From Carcharhinus longimanus (lineage: Eukaryota), in assembly GCA_030264375.1 (NCBI GenBank), contig JASCQW010000027.1, positions 100,592,214-100,656,213 on the forward strand: a stretch of 64,000 nucleotides of DNA, read 5' to 3'. The notes below the pieces were generated by a model, which saw nothing but the letters and a program-made list of their open reading frames with translations, was not told where the DNA came from and made no database searches. Position numbers and translations under genes: made by a program. Of the stretch, positions 1 through 11,644 are shown piece after piece; position 1 is the first letter of the stretch; every line of letters starts with the position of its first letter.

Positions 1-410
1 GATCTTCGAGGAGGTGTTGTTGCCTATCCTTACTGATTGTGGTCTGTGAGTTAGGAAGTTCAGGATTCAGTCGCAGAGGGAGAAGTGAGACCCATGCCAT
101 GGAGTTTGGAGATGAGTATTTTGGGAATAATGGTGTTGAAGGCTGAACCATTGTCAATAACTAGGAGTCTGACATAGGTATCTTTGTTGTCTAGGTGTTC
201 CACGGCAGGGTCAGGGAGTCGGTGTCTGTTATGGACCTTTTGTGGTAGTAGGCAAATTGCAGTGAATCCAGGTAGATTCAGGAGACTGGAATTGATTTGT
301 GCCATGACTAACCTTTTGAAGCACTTGATAATGATGGACGTCAGAGCCACCGACTGCTGGGTTTTTCTCAGGTATTGAGATGATTGTTGTCTTCTTAAGG
401 AAGGTGACCA
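1..410 (-). mobile_element. Rex1/Babar-type non-LTR retrotransposon, degenerate reverse transcriptase fragment
   Basis: Minus-strand translation ALTSIIIKCFKRLVMAQINSSL...EHLDNKDTYVRLLVIDNGSAFNTIIPKILISKL resembles Rex1/Babar RT motifs (ALTxxxMKCFERLV; HLDxxxTYVRxLFxDFSSAFNTI); frameshifted. Confidence 0.85.
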
Positions 411-627
411 TCATCCAGAGGGTTTCTCAATCCATCGATTGGACAGATAAAGTCGAATGTCTCAGAGAGGACCTGTCAAAGAAAATTCAATGTATCATTT
501 ATTTCAGTTCCACCAATAAGTCGACTGTGTATTCTCAGCTCATCAAGTAGACAAAGAGAAGGAAGGTTGTTCATCCATTGTTAGCTCAATTGCTCAATCC
601 CAGCATATTCAACCAACCATGGTTTAT

Positions 628-1270
628 AGCATAGTGGTAATGTTATTGGAATGGCAGTCCAGAGACCTGGACTAATGTGCCGGATATGTGGATTTAAATC
701 ACAATGTGGCAACAGGGGGAATTTAAATTCAATTAATAAATCTGAAATTAAAAAGCTAATCTTATTAATATTTACCATGAAACTAAACTGCTGTCATAAA
801 AATCCATCTGGTTCACTATTACCATTCAAGGAGGAAATCTGCCATCCATTCTCAGCATGACTAAAGACCCAGAGCAATGCAGCTGACCTTTAACTGTCCT
901 CTGAAATGACCCAGTGAGCCACTCAGCTGTATCGACCAAACTGCAGAAAAGCTGAATAAAAATAATATCACATGGGCCACTCAGCATTGACCTAGGGACC
1001 AGAGATGGCAAAGGCTTGCAGCTCAGTCAAGCATACAAAGCCCTCCTTACTAACATATGGGGACTTGTGCAAAGATTGGGTGAGCTGTCCCACAGACTGG
1101 TCAGGTAACAGCCTCACATAGTCATAATCATTGAATACTACATTTTAGCCAATGTCCAAGATTCCTCCATTGTCTTCCCTGGATAGGTTGTGTCTCATTG
1201 ATAGACTAGACCAACCAAAGGTGTTGGCACAGTACAATCAGGAGGGCATGAACCTGGGAGTCCTCAACAT
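628..1270 (+). mobile_element. 5' part of an L2/CR1-group LINE: tRNA-like head followed by degenerate APE endonuclease
   Basis: A-box-like GCATAGTGGTAA at ~629; from ~1038 translation KALLTNIWGLVQRLGELSHRLVR*QPHIVIIIEYY...GVLN resembles an APE endonuclease N-terminus; in-frame stops. Confidence 0.7.
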
Positions 1271-1345
1271 GGTGGTGAGTGAATGGAATCGGCTGCCGTC
1301 AGTGGTGGTGGAGGCGAACTCGCTGGGGTCTTTTAAAAGACTTCT
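1271..1345 (+). mobile_element. CR1 (HER1-like) LINE 3' fragment running into an N gap
   Basis: VVSEWNRLPSVVVEANSLGSFKRL = CR1 ORF2 C-terminal motif. Confidence 0.85.
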
Positions 1346-1621
1346 NNNNNNNNNNNNNNNNNNNNNNNNNNNNNNNNNNNNNNNNNNNNNNNNNNNNNNN
1401 NNNNNNNNNNNNNNNNNNNNNNNNNNNNNNNNNNNNNNNNNNNNNNNNNNNNNNNNNNNNNNNNNNNNNNNNNNNNNNNNNNNNNNNNNNNNNNNNNNNN
1501 NNNNNNNNNNNNNNNNNNNNNNNNNNNNNNNNNNNNNNNNNNNNNNNNNNNNNNNNNNNNNNNNNNNNNNNNNNNNNNNNNNNNNNNNNNNNNNNNNNNN
1601 NNNNNNNNNNNNNNNNNNNNN

Positions 1622-1806
1622 ACCACTGACGGCAGCCGATTCCATTCACTCACCACCCTCTGAGTGAAAAACTTACCCCTAACATCACTTCTGAACTTGC
1701 CTCCCCACACCTTAAATCTGTGTCCTCTCGTAGCGACCATTTCAACCCGGGGAAATGGCCTCAGAGAATCCACCCTATCTATTCCTCTCAACATTTTATA
1801 AACCAT
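1622..1806 (-). mobile_element. CR1 (HER1-like) LINE 3' fragment
   Basis: VYKMLRGIDRVD...TRGHRFKVWGGKFRSDVRGKFFTQRVVSEWNRLP, typical CR1 ORF2 C-terminus. Confidence 0.9.
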
Positions 1807-1834
1807 TGTGCTCAGTGTCAGTCAAGACGCCTTA

Positions 1835-2020
1835 AAAACTAAAGCAATCTTTGCCTGCCTGCAGCAAGGCATGGGCAATATTCAAGCTTGGGCTGATGAG
1901 TGACAAGGATCTTCATGCCACACAAGTGTGTGACAAAGACCATCTCTGTCCAGAGAAAGTCTCACCATCTCCCCTTGACATTCAATTGCATTGTAATCAC
2001 TGAATCTCCCAGTATCATTA
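1835..2020 (+). mobile_element. Degenerate RT C-terminal fragment, probably of the same L2/CR1-group LINE as 628-1270
   Basis: Translation LQQGMGNIQAWADE*Q followed by HLPLTFNCIVITESP-like sequence (QxDLDxIxxWAxxWQ motif). Confidence 0.65.
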
Positions 2021-2650
2021 CCTTGACTCCATTATCATGTCCAAAATTCCATTCCACATTTTGATCAGTGTGTGTGAAAAGAATTTACTAACATCAGCCC
2101 AACACTCCATTATTATCATTCTTTAGCAAATGTTTGGTGCATAATAACTCATTCATGAGTTGAAATATGATGGAAACATAGAGCTACAATGCCACTATTC
2201 TAAAATAAGAATCTTGTTCTGGAGAATACTGTTGAAATTCCAATTTAAACTGATAACACTTTGGTGAATACATGATAGCCAGGAAAGAATAATTCTTGCT
2301 TTAGCTAATATATGTGCATACCTTCTTTATCTGGTTCAATACAGATTCCATTTGTACAGCACCCTAGCCAATTTCTCTCTCTGCTCCTTGCCACGATTGC
2401 ATGTTGCTGGAATGTAATGAGTTCTAAATTCATGCAGATGGATCACAAGCAGAATATATCTTGTAACCTCTTTCTTGTGTGCAAGGTACCAAGGAAACTG
2501 AGTTTTGAGATCCAGGATGCATACTTGAGAAGTTGAATAAGAACTAGTTCATTTTTGGAAGCAACTGCATTATGGGCAACCAGATGAATGGAATGTAATT
2601 GATTTCAATTCATTTCAGTTCGTCTTCAGTGATTAAATCATAAAGGTAGA

Positions 2651-2689
2651 GCTTTCCTTAAAGGAGGTCATGCCCCCTTTAAGGAAAGC
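2651..2689. repeat. Short inverted repeat (hairpin)
   Basis: GCTTTCCTTAAAGGAGG-tcatg-CCCCCTTTAAGGAAAGC: 17-bp arms, 1 mismatch, 5-nt loop. Confidence 0.9.
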
Positions 2690-5261
2690 CTGTCTGGAGT
2701 AGCTGATCTGTAATTATCACACTTGGGATTATTCAGCTCTGTCATGATCTGTTGATCTTTATTTATTCATTTCCCCCCTTGGTGGACTGAGCTTTCCTTT
2801 CCTGGTCATCTAAAAAGTACAACAACGTGGAACGAACATGATTGTAAAATTTCAGATTGTCTTTGGGCATTGTACTTTTAGCAAGTAGGGATTGATAAAT
2901 AAGATACATTTCTTACTCACACACATGGTTATAACAATTTCCAGGTTGAAGATTAGCTGATTTAAGTAGAAAACTAATGTTGGCACAAAATATGAAATTG
3001 CTCAGTATGATCTTTAATATTTGATCGCGTTGTATTCAAGATATTCATTTATTTTTCATCAATTATCTTCCATTCCTTTGCTGAAGACCTGCTCCCAGAA
3101 TAGCATCCAAAAAACAGTCAATTGCTAAGAAAAAGCAGGTTTTATTTCTTGCTCCTGAACATTGCTGCACGTGAACTTCCTTTGTAGCTTTTTTGCTGCC
3201 TGAATCAAACATGCAAATGAATATCAGAGACATCTGCACTCAAGCTTTGTCGAACAACACCAGATAAAATTGAAGGAAAATTTATGCCCAGAAAATCCCA
3301 CTGTTAATGATTGCAAATCTGAAACAGTCTCACCTAAAACAAAATTAAAACACGATCAAGATCAGTCAAGCAAAACTTTCAAAGTTGTCTGTGATAGATT
3401 TTTATGAGGCAATGATATTCTGAAATATGAAACCGAGGTCATTAGATGGAATTAAGATCCAAGTCAGCCATGATTCTAATTATACAGCAGAGTAGGCTCG
3501 AGGGCCTGAAGGAGTCCAAGTTCACAGGGTTGCCTTGCAGGAAATGGACCATAGTGCACAACTAGTAACATTGAATCAGCCACCTGTCTACATCTTTTTA
3601 GTTTTTATTATGGAAGCCAATTCATAATCAGGAGGGAGGTTTGACGGATGGCCAGCGCAACACGTCCACTTTTCACCATCACCCAAGTTATAATGACTTC
3701 CTGCCTGTCCAGGAAAAGTCTTTTGGAATAACAAATGATTTTGCTGATTCTAGACTAAGTTTTGAATGATGCTATTTCTTTCCAATTGATGACGGAGACC
3801 GTGTTCAGTACTGTTCTGCTTGCCAGTTTGGAGTGCGGCTTGTTTGGAGGCTGACGAGAAAACTACCACAGGACGCAACCCAAACTCTGACGATTTTGCC
3901 TGGCTCTTTTCTGAGTTACAAAAAAATGGTTTCACAAAGGCCAAGTGGAAAACCCCATTGCCCTTTTGATTTATTGGTGACCTAGTTCAGGCCATGCAGA
4001 TTAGAAAGACAGGTCTCACATGTACCCTGCTCCAACCCCCTGCTGCTTAGCACTACAATAACAATCTCCAAAGTAAACTGTAAAAAGATCCAGACGTTGA
4101 ATAGTACTGCAATGGCACAGCAGCACACTCCTTTTGCAAGAGGTGAAACTTGAAATAATATAACCAGACCAATGTAATACACAGCTTCTGACACATACAT
4201 CAATTAAAATTACTCGCCTTCATTAGAAATGAGTTATAGTTGTGCCTGACTTGCTGCTTAAAAATAACATTCTGCCTCTTGAGTGGGGCTTTAACTGTGT
4301 CTGGCTGTTTAAAAGTCCAGCATGCACCCAATGTTTCTTTCTGGATGTGTGGATACCTCAGGTCAAACATGTACCACGGAACCGCTCCTTTAATTAAATC
4401 GGACCTGAAACTTATTTTGGTCATGCTACTCCCGGCACTGAGAGCAGATTGTGGCTCGCTCACTAAATGCTCCCAAACAGCATTGGGAAAATAACTTGAC
4501 TGGCTCTTGTTGGAGTGCATTTCCTCAGTCCTCCAATACCTCATGGAGTCATTCATTAAATTCAAGCTTCAGTAGCGGACATATAATTGAATGTATAGCA
4601 CAAAAACAGTCCACGAAGCATTTACCCCACATGAACCTCTTCCCATCCTTCCTAATCTATCAGCAAAACCTTGTCTTCCCTTGTCTGGTTATTCGTTCTC
4701 TTAATTAAATGCACCAATATTATTTGCCTCAACCACTCCTAGTGGTAGCAAATTCTATTTTTCATTGCTCTCAGGAAGAAGGTTTCTTTTCTAAATTCCC
4801 TATTTGATTTATTGATTTACATTTCATTTTGATGGCCTTTCATATTGCTCTTCCTCACGAGTAGAAAAACTCTCCACGGGCAGAATTTACTTCTTTTTGG
4901 CTTGTATGTCAACTCAGGCAAGAAAAGCAGTGTGCAGCCCACTGGCTGTACTGCTAGCTTTTTTCCACCATATTTATTGACAGTCAAAAGAAATCCTGGA
5001 GGTGGGTGTCATGTCACGCTGGTGGATTGGTCTCATTCACAGTCTGATCTCATTCGCAGTTTGCTCTGCCTGCAACCTTGGGAAAGGATGCACCAAACTG
5101 GAAAAAATAAGAGTAAAGAAAGAATTCATCCTCTCTCATGGACACAGCCCTCTCTTCTCTCCCGAACCCCTAGACACAAAACATCCCCCTCCAAACCTCC
5201 CTTTATTTAGTTGTACTTACCTGTGTGTTCCCAGTCGGTGCTCTCTGCCAGGTACTCATTA

Positions 5262-5330
5262 GTAAGAAGTCTGACAATGTCAGACTTCTTACAGTGTTTA
5301 CCCCAGTCCAATGCTGGCATCTCCACACCA
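5262..5330 (+). mobile_element. Collapsed copy of palindromic Penelope-like non-autonomous element
   Basis: Perfect 15-bp inverted repeat GTAAGAAGTCTGACA-a-TGTCAGACTTCTTAC plus tail CCCCAGTCCAATGCTGGCATCTCCACA; flanked by direct repeat CAGGTACTCATTAGT (5249-5263, 5331-5345). Confidence 0.75.
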
Positions 5331-5632
5331 CAGGTACTCATTAGTCCAGACACCTTGTAATTCTCACTGATGTGATATCACATTAGCTGGGGATGGAGGG
5401 GAACTTTCTCACCTGGGGGTGATGCAGCAGGGAGGTCCACTGATGACATTTTACAGGATGTTACAGTCTTTGCCTGTTTAATAATGAATTTTTTGTCTCC
5501 ACAGGCATTTAAGTCCACCTTGTTGACCAGCANNNNNNNNNNNNNNNNNNNNNNNNNNNNNNNNNNNNNNNNNNNNNNNNNNNNNNNNNNNNNNNNNNNN
5601 NNNNNNNNNNNNNNNNNNNNNNNNNNNNNNNN

Positions 5633-5705
5633 GACAATGGGACGGCGGCGCGGGCTCGTTGGGCCGAAGGGCCTGTTTCCCGTGCTGTGTTGTTCTTTGT
5701 TCTTT
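5633..5705 (+). mobile_element. CR1-type 3' tail emerging from an N gap
   Basis: GGGCTCGTTGGGCCGAAGGGCCTGTTTCCCGTGCTGT followed by TGTTCTT repeats. Confidence 0.75.
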
Positions 5706-8139
5706 ATTTTCATGTACGATATGGGTTTCCCGAACTTGAATATGTGAACCTCCTTTATGTCATTGTCTAGGGTGGGAACTATCTTAGCCAGAATTCCCGC
5801 TGGCACAAATGCCATTTTGGGACTCGCATTCTCCAGCTTCACCAGCATTCCTGCCTGCCAAGAACAAGGACAGAAAATCCCACCGATTTGTTTATTCTCA
5901 CAAATCCTTATATCATTTTAAAGATCTCTGTTAGGTCCGTCCTTAGTCTTTTGGTTTCAAGGGAAAACAGACCTAGCCTGTTCCATCATTTCCTGATCAG
6001 AGAAGCATTGCATTTCCAGTATAAAAATTGATTTTTTTTTACTCCAAAACCTAAATAGTGCTGAGATCTTGTGAGACAAACTTTCCATCTACTGCTACTC
6101 TGAATGACACCTTATGGAAACGTAGCTAATTACATGTACAATTGAATATTGATAGACTGATTCAAATACGTCCTTTGTTGATAAGGGCAAGTGCCCACCA
6201 GTTAGCAGTCAGGACTAAGAGCCATAGCTACCCCATCCCCACCCCCAACTCACTTCCCTTAACCAAGGGGAAAAGCCAGTTGTAATATTCTTCGTGCTGA
6301 ACAGGTTTGGTAAATTCATCTGCTATCACGTAGTTATGGCTCATGTTACTTAGCAGGGGTACCAAATGTCGCCTTGGATTCATATCCCAATATAGGAGTC
6401 AACAAAAGAGGGAAGAAAGTTATTCAGTAAACAGTGGTGTGTTGGGGAAAAAAATAATTATAAGGTCACTGAAACCTTTAAGATTAGTTTATGCCATCCT
6501 GGAGGTAACCCATTAAACCTTGAAGAAATGTATCATTCATGTCTCGAATATTGGCTTTTTGCCTGCTCCTCAGCAGCTCAAAGGAGCAGAAGATTTGAAT
6601 GACCTGAATGAAGATTTCTCAATGTGTTCTCGCCATGCACTGCAGTGAATGACCAGCAAGCAAGCTTGACACAAAAGGTCTTCTGACAAAAGAGTTGGAA
6701 GCCATTCTGCTGCTATTAACTCACAAACAGCAGGACCTCTTTGTGTTTTAACACGAAGGTGAACAGATCTATGACTAAAACTGTGCTATTGTGCACAAAC
6801 ATAAAGTACTGAGGAATGATTATGAATTTAATGAGGGTATTCTATTCCAATGTCAGTCTCCTTTCCCAAGAGGGGGCAGTGGGGAATAAGGTATGCTGTG
6901 TATTATTAATGTCAATATTAAAATATTGAATGTGGTGTTACAATCCCTGTTATTTTGTCCAGTGACAATTAACAGCTGATTTTACANNNNNNNNNNAAAT
7001 GTGCAGATTAATATTTATGTACATTTATGCTACTCCACTCACCTTGGGATTCAGTCGAGGAAGTATGGTGTGGAAGTGAGGGAAACAGTGACAAAGGTCT
7101 CTGATTTAGTTTCCAGATAGTTGCTGAGACAACTGGGGCCAGGCTTCCACGTGGAAATGGCAGAAGAAACAGGTATAGGGGCAATCTGAAAATCAGATTA
7201 GCTATTCTTGAAGGGTAGCACTGGATCTAGGCCACAGGAGAANNNNNNNNNNNNNNNNNNNNNNNNNNNNNNNNNNNNNNNNNNNNNNNNNNNNNNNNNN
7301 NNNNNNNNNNNNNNNNNNNNNNNNNNNNNNNNNNNNNNNNNNAGGAGAAGCTTGCACACCCATGGATTGTGTCATCGACTATTATAAGCCCAAGACAAAT
7401 TTGTGAAAACTTGTCCTTTTTATAAAAACATTGTAATTTTTTGAAAGACCACTGAATCTGTAGTATGTGATCTTCAAGACTGATTCGTAGCTGGTGAGTT
7501 CCAAACTAATTCTGCTGAAGCCAGCTCAAATTGATATTTTCTCGCTTCGAGTGCACCTTTGCTGGAATGGTGCATTTGTGAACAGACATCCTTGTCCTTG
7601 TCCTTGTTATCGTATGTATTGTGTGGCTACAATTGATGCATCGTTTCAAATTTGATGGGGTTGGGGTGAGGAGGGAACTGGGGAGTATTGGGGGTTGAGG
7701 GGTGCAGGAGGAGAGAAGGGGGTGATGGGTGTGGAGTGAACAATAATCCACTGGCTGCCATCTACTGAGCAGTAAGCTCGAAAAGGAACTTGTTTCAGGC
7801 ATGTGTGGTCAGGAACAAGATTTTCAGTCTTTATCTTTGCATGCCCAAAGAATCGGTGCACGTTTATGTGCAGCTATTGGCGGGAACATTTGAAATTTAA
7901 TTTTTGTTCATTAAAATAGAAATTTGATGAGGCAGCTGACACCAGATTGCGAACTGTACTTGAAGTCTGAATGCTTATTTCCTTCAGTTTTCAGCTCCTG
8001 ATCTTCTCAGGAGCTGGATGCTCGAGTAAGAGCAGCAGCGACAGCCCCCGTCATGGCTGCCAGCTGCTGAAGACATTCGGGCAGCTCCTGCAGCCCTCAC
8101 TGGGCATTGAGCTCACCCGCTTAGCCAATTCTCCTTTGT

Positions 8140-8310
8140 CTTGCGTTTGCTGCCCCAAGGTGGGTCTAACCCACAGCACCACAACCTCCGCCATATGGTA
8201 AGGAAAGGTGACAGGTCCTGAATCCTTTCAATCAGAATGGGGATCGAACCCCATACTGTGAGCACCAACCTGACCAGGGATTCAGCCAATTGAGCCAACA
8301 TAGTCCCCAC
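8140..8310 (-). mobile_element. Degenerate tRNA-derived SINE
   Basis: Minus strand TTGGCTCAATTGG (A box-like) ... GGGGTTCGATCCCC (B box-like). Confidence 0.5.
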
Positions 8311-8419
8311 CCGGAGGAGTCCGAGTTGTGATTTCAGAAGCACTTCTCCCTACATATTATTATCTGGAGCAATGAATAGTGATGATAGATTCCATTTTCT
8401 TTCTATCACATGGCTGACC

Positions 8420-8607
8420 AGGAATCTAACCCGCTCATAATGCCTGCCATTGGAATATTTTGGTAAGATTTTCAGCTTGTTCATCAACTTGATTTGGCCA
8501 TGCTGTGAATATTCCTGTCTTAACCATCAAATGCTGGAGTTGGACTTGAACTTGGAGCTTCTGGGTCCAAGGCGGGGACGTTAATCACTGTACCACACGA
8601 CCTCCTC
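8420..8607 (-). mobile_element. Degenerate tRNA-derived SINE
   Basis: Minus strand GGAGGTCGTGTGGTACAGTGATTAACG...AAGTTCAAGTCC, A/B box-like head. Confidence 0.5.
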
Positions 8608-9410
8608 CTGGCTAATGAGACTATTTAAGTTTTGAAATGGTGTCACAGTAGTTGGACAGCTTGGGCGCAGGATTCGGAGACGGATTTCTAGTGGGTGTTG
8701 AGTTTCTGAGCCCATTTTGAAAATTTGGCCCAGTAATGTAATGGCTAGGTTTGCATTAAGATTTTATATTTCTAACCTGGGGAGGAATCGCTGCCCAGTT
8801 GCTGCAGCTGGAAAGTTCCATTCAGATGTCTGATGAGCACAGGATTGATTATTGGTTATCACCTTTATCGTCAATAAGGTGCTAGATTCTGGTGTCAAAT
8901 GAGCACAGCTCCAGCACACACGCAGTCAAACTGCAGTTTTAATCAGAAGAGAAATAGAAAACAGAAGTACCCCAGATACTGTTCAATACCAAAAAAAATC
9001 TACAAAGACCTAATTTTCTTGAAACAGCAGCTACATTTAAGATCCAAGACCTTTCGGCAATGGATAGAAACAGCAGCCAGTAGGGGAAAAAAAACTTGCT
9101 TCTCCTTTCTTTCTATTTCAATTCAGGTCTGTAAATTAGTGATACTAAAGGAAACGTATTTCACAGTTTTGCAAGAATTAGGGATAAGGCAGGATAGGCC
9201 ATCAGCCGCTGTGAGCAAAGTGGGAATGTAAGCTAGTCTGTGCTGAAAGGGAACGCCATATTCATGAAAAGAATATTTGGCAATCCTTTCTTTTTTTTTG
9301 CAAATACATGGTATTTTGCGATATTTTGTTGAGCTGCTCCTTGCGACACTTGTACCTGACGGCACTATGCACATCTCCTATCGTTGTGGAAAACGTTTTG
9401 ATGAAGACAG

Positions 9411-9638
9411 TGGGTGGGTTAATTCCACGCCTTTCCTGCCCAGCCTCTCAGCTTTTTTTCTCTGCTGGCAGATGCAGCTCACTACTGTTGCTCGCAGGAT
9501 CTTCCAGCGCTGCTGATTTCAATGTTTTGCATGGCTTGCTTGTCATGCTGCAAGAGATCGAGGGGTGTGTGGGGGAGGTGTCACCTTCAGCAACACTGGA
9601 AGATCCTGCCAGCAGGAAGGGCTGGAAAGTCCCACTCA
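9411..9638. mobile_element. MITE-like non-autonomous element with internal inverted repeats
   Basis: GCAGGATCTTCCAGCGCTGCTGA (9494-9516) versus TCAGCAACACTGGAAGATCCTGC (9587-9609), 21/23 inverted match; ends GGGTGGG.../...CCCACTC. Confidence 0.65.
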
Positions 9639-9834
9639 ATGTTGCAGCAGTGAAATATATTCTGATTTTGAAATTGAGAGAAAAGAAAATGAACATTTGT
9701 TGTCACCAACCGAAGAGGCTGAATGGAGGGGAGACAGTTAACTCCTCCCTGTCTTGGTCTGTGTCTCATGCAATTCCCTGATGTTCCACGAGTGGTAGTG
9801 GGGTGTCGGAGATTCTACTCCAAAATCCTGGAAT

Positions 9835-9985
9835 TTCGTCCCTTCATCTTTCTCCATGTCCTTTTCCTCCTTTAAGCTGCTTCTTAAAACTTTTTGACCC
9901 AACTTTTGTATGTTTTTAAAATATCTTTTATTGGCTGAATGTCAAATTTTGTCTCAAAATACTCCCTTGAAGCACCTTGGGGTAG
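9835..9985 (+). mobile_element. Old L2-type 3' end fragment
   Basis: CTCCTTTAAG...CTTAAAAC...TTTGACC...TTGGCT...CTTGAAGCACCTTGGG pattern also seen at ~40100-40200 and ~51690-51790. Confidence 0.45.
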
Positions 9986-11644
9986 TTGCTGAAATGACGG
10001 ATAGAATTAGAGCTTTATAATAAACAGCTAATATCTTTTAAAATTACCGTATGTTATTAATAGTTTAATGTTGGTCCTACAATAACAATGCTAAACAACA
10101 GCATTAAGTATATACTTATTTACCAACATCTTACTACCCGTTTTAAGAAGAGTACATACAGGCAATTAAAAATTAGCAAGAAAAGCCTCAAGACAAAGCA
10201 GAAGAGGGTGTGCAAGGGCCCTCTATTCACATCTACTAGACAAGATTTGGAAATTAAGGGATTGCATTACTTAATTCATCTAAGTTGTTTAAGAAGCAAT
10301 GCAATGTTTTTTTAACTGTATAATTATCTCATGGCACAGAAACCACACTAACCTGCATTGTAATTAGATGCATTGCCAAAAATCCTCTTATTCTGTTTAT
10401 TCCATTTGTTAATGCCAATGTGTTTTTGGCACATTGTAAAAGTACAATGTGGAGATTGATTTCACAAAGTGCGAATGTGTCATGAATATGTCATAAAATG
10501 TTGTGCTCCTTCATAGAGTATTAATGATGAATTGAATACAAAAACAGTGCACTGAATCCTAGTCTGTGGTCTGAATTACAAATCGTATTTCTCACAACAC
10601 TCTGTGACGTGAATTGAATTTCTCAACCAGTCACGATCTCTGACCTGAAATGTACAAACTGAAGGCATGTTGTGAAGAGCAGGAACAAGTCTAAGGTCAA
10701 GTCACTGTTCTTGTATTGAAATAATTTACGACAGAAGTCATATAGGATGCCTACCGTGCATGTCCTCCCTTTCTGTTGGGTCGAGAAGCGTATGTTATGA
10801 GACTTGTTGATTGAAGTTAAAGTTGCTTGCAAATTCATTGTGAAAATTCGATTCCACAGGAACAATAAAAATCAGCAAAAATATGATGGTACTACTTCTA
10901 TTAATACAACAAAGATTTGGATTAAACATTGTGAGTCTAGAAGCATCAGGAATCTCAGTTTGAAGTGAGACACATACCTGCTTCTAAATTCCCTTGGAGC
11001 ATTATCATTGACTTCTGTGCAACTGAAAAGGAAAATCAACCAGATTTGTACTCATGACCACAAACCAGTGATAAGGCTAGAAATATTATGTGGTTAGTCA
11101 TGCTTAAATACGGGATTAAAACTTGCCCGTGATTACCTCCTCGCCTCCCCCCAAAAACCCCATGGAGAAGTGACCTGCCACTGCAACCTGTCTGGATTTG
11201 TAAATGCAGAATGATATTTGGCTAATCAGAGAATGCCGTTAGCGTCATAGAATCACTGTCTTGGGGAGAGATAGGGAGAAAAGGAGGAGCAGCTATATTT
11301 AAAAATTATATCTTTTTTATGTTCGGATAGTGCACCACTCATGCAAGTATCTTAATCCAGCATCAGCCTTGGCACTATAGTATCTTTTTTACCCAAGTGT
11401 CTGGATAGCATAGGCTGAAGCTCTGCTTGAGAGATTTAACCACATAATCCAGACTGATATGTAAGTGAAAGGGAGCACCTTTCCTCTTGGAAAAGCCAAT
11501 TTTTGGAGAAGTTCAGTTGAGGGCATTTTCTTCCTCCATGGGAGGAGAGGGAAGGAGAGCAAAAGGAGTTCTCCCGGTCTCTAGGGAAATACTTATCTGC
11601 CAAACAACTTTGCAAAAAGCGATTTTGTATCATTTATTTCATTT

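Larger units (their letters stand above)
4590..6020 (-). mobile_element. Old CR1 3' fragment split by a ~1 kb MITE-like insert (4878-5884)
   Basis: CR1-like antisense sequence at ~4590-4877 resumes at ~5885-6020 (ATCATTTTAAAGATCTCTGTTAGGTC...AGCCTGTTCC); insert ends GGGCAGAATTT / AAAATCCCACC resemble imperfect TIRs. Confidence 0.5.

Noticed and set aside
1152-1806. Long ORFs spanning N runs (also at 5378, 13730, 28901-29466, 39434-40034, 61714)
   Set aside because: Their length comes from X codons in assembly gaps; where recognisable, the flanks are repeat-derived.
3750-4565. Minus-strand ORFs of 64 and 121 aa as possible exons
   Set aside because: No recognisable domain, no convincing splice-site pair, and not linkable in frame.
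7657-7740. G-run cluster with G-quadruplex potential
   Set aside because: Low-complexity purine tract with no other supporting context.
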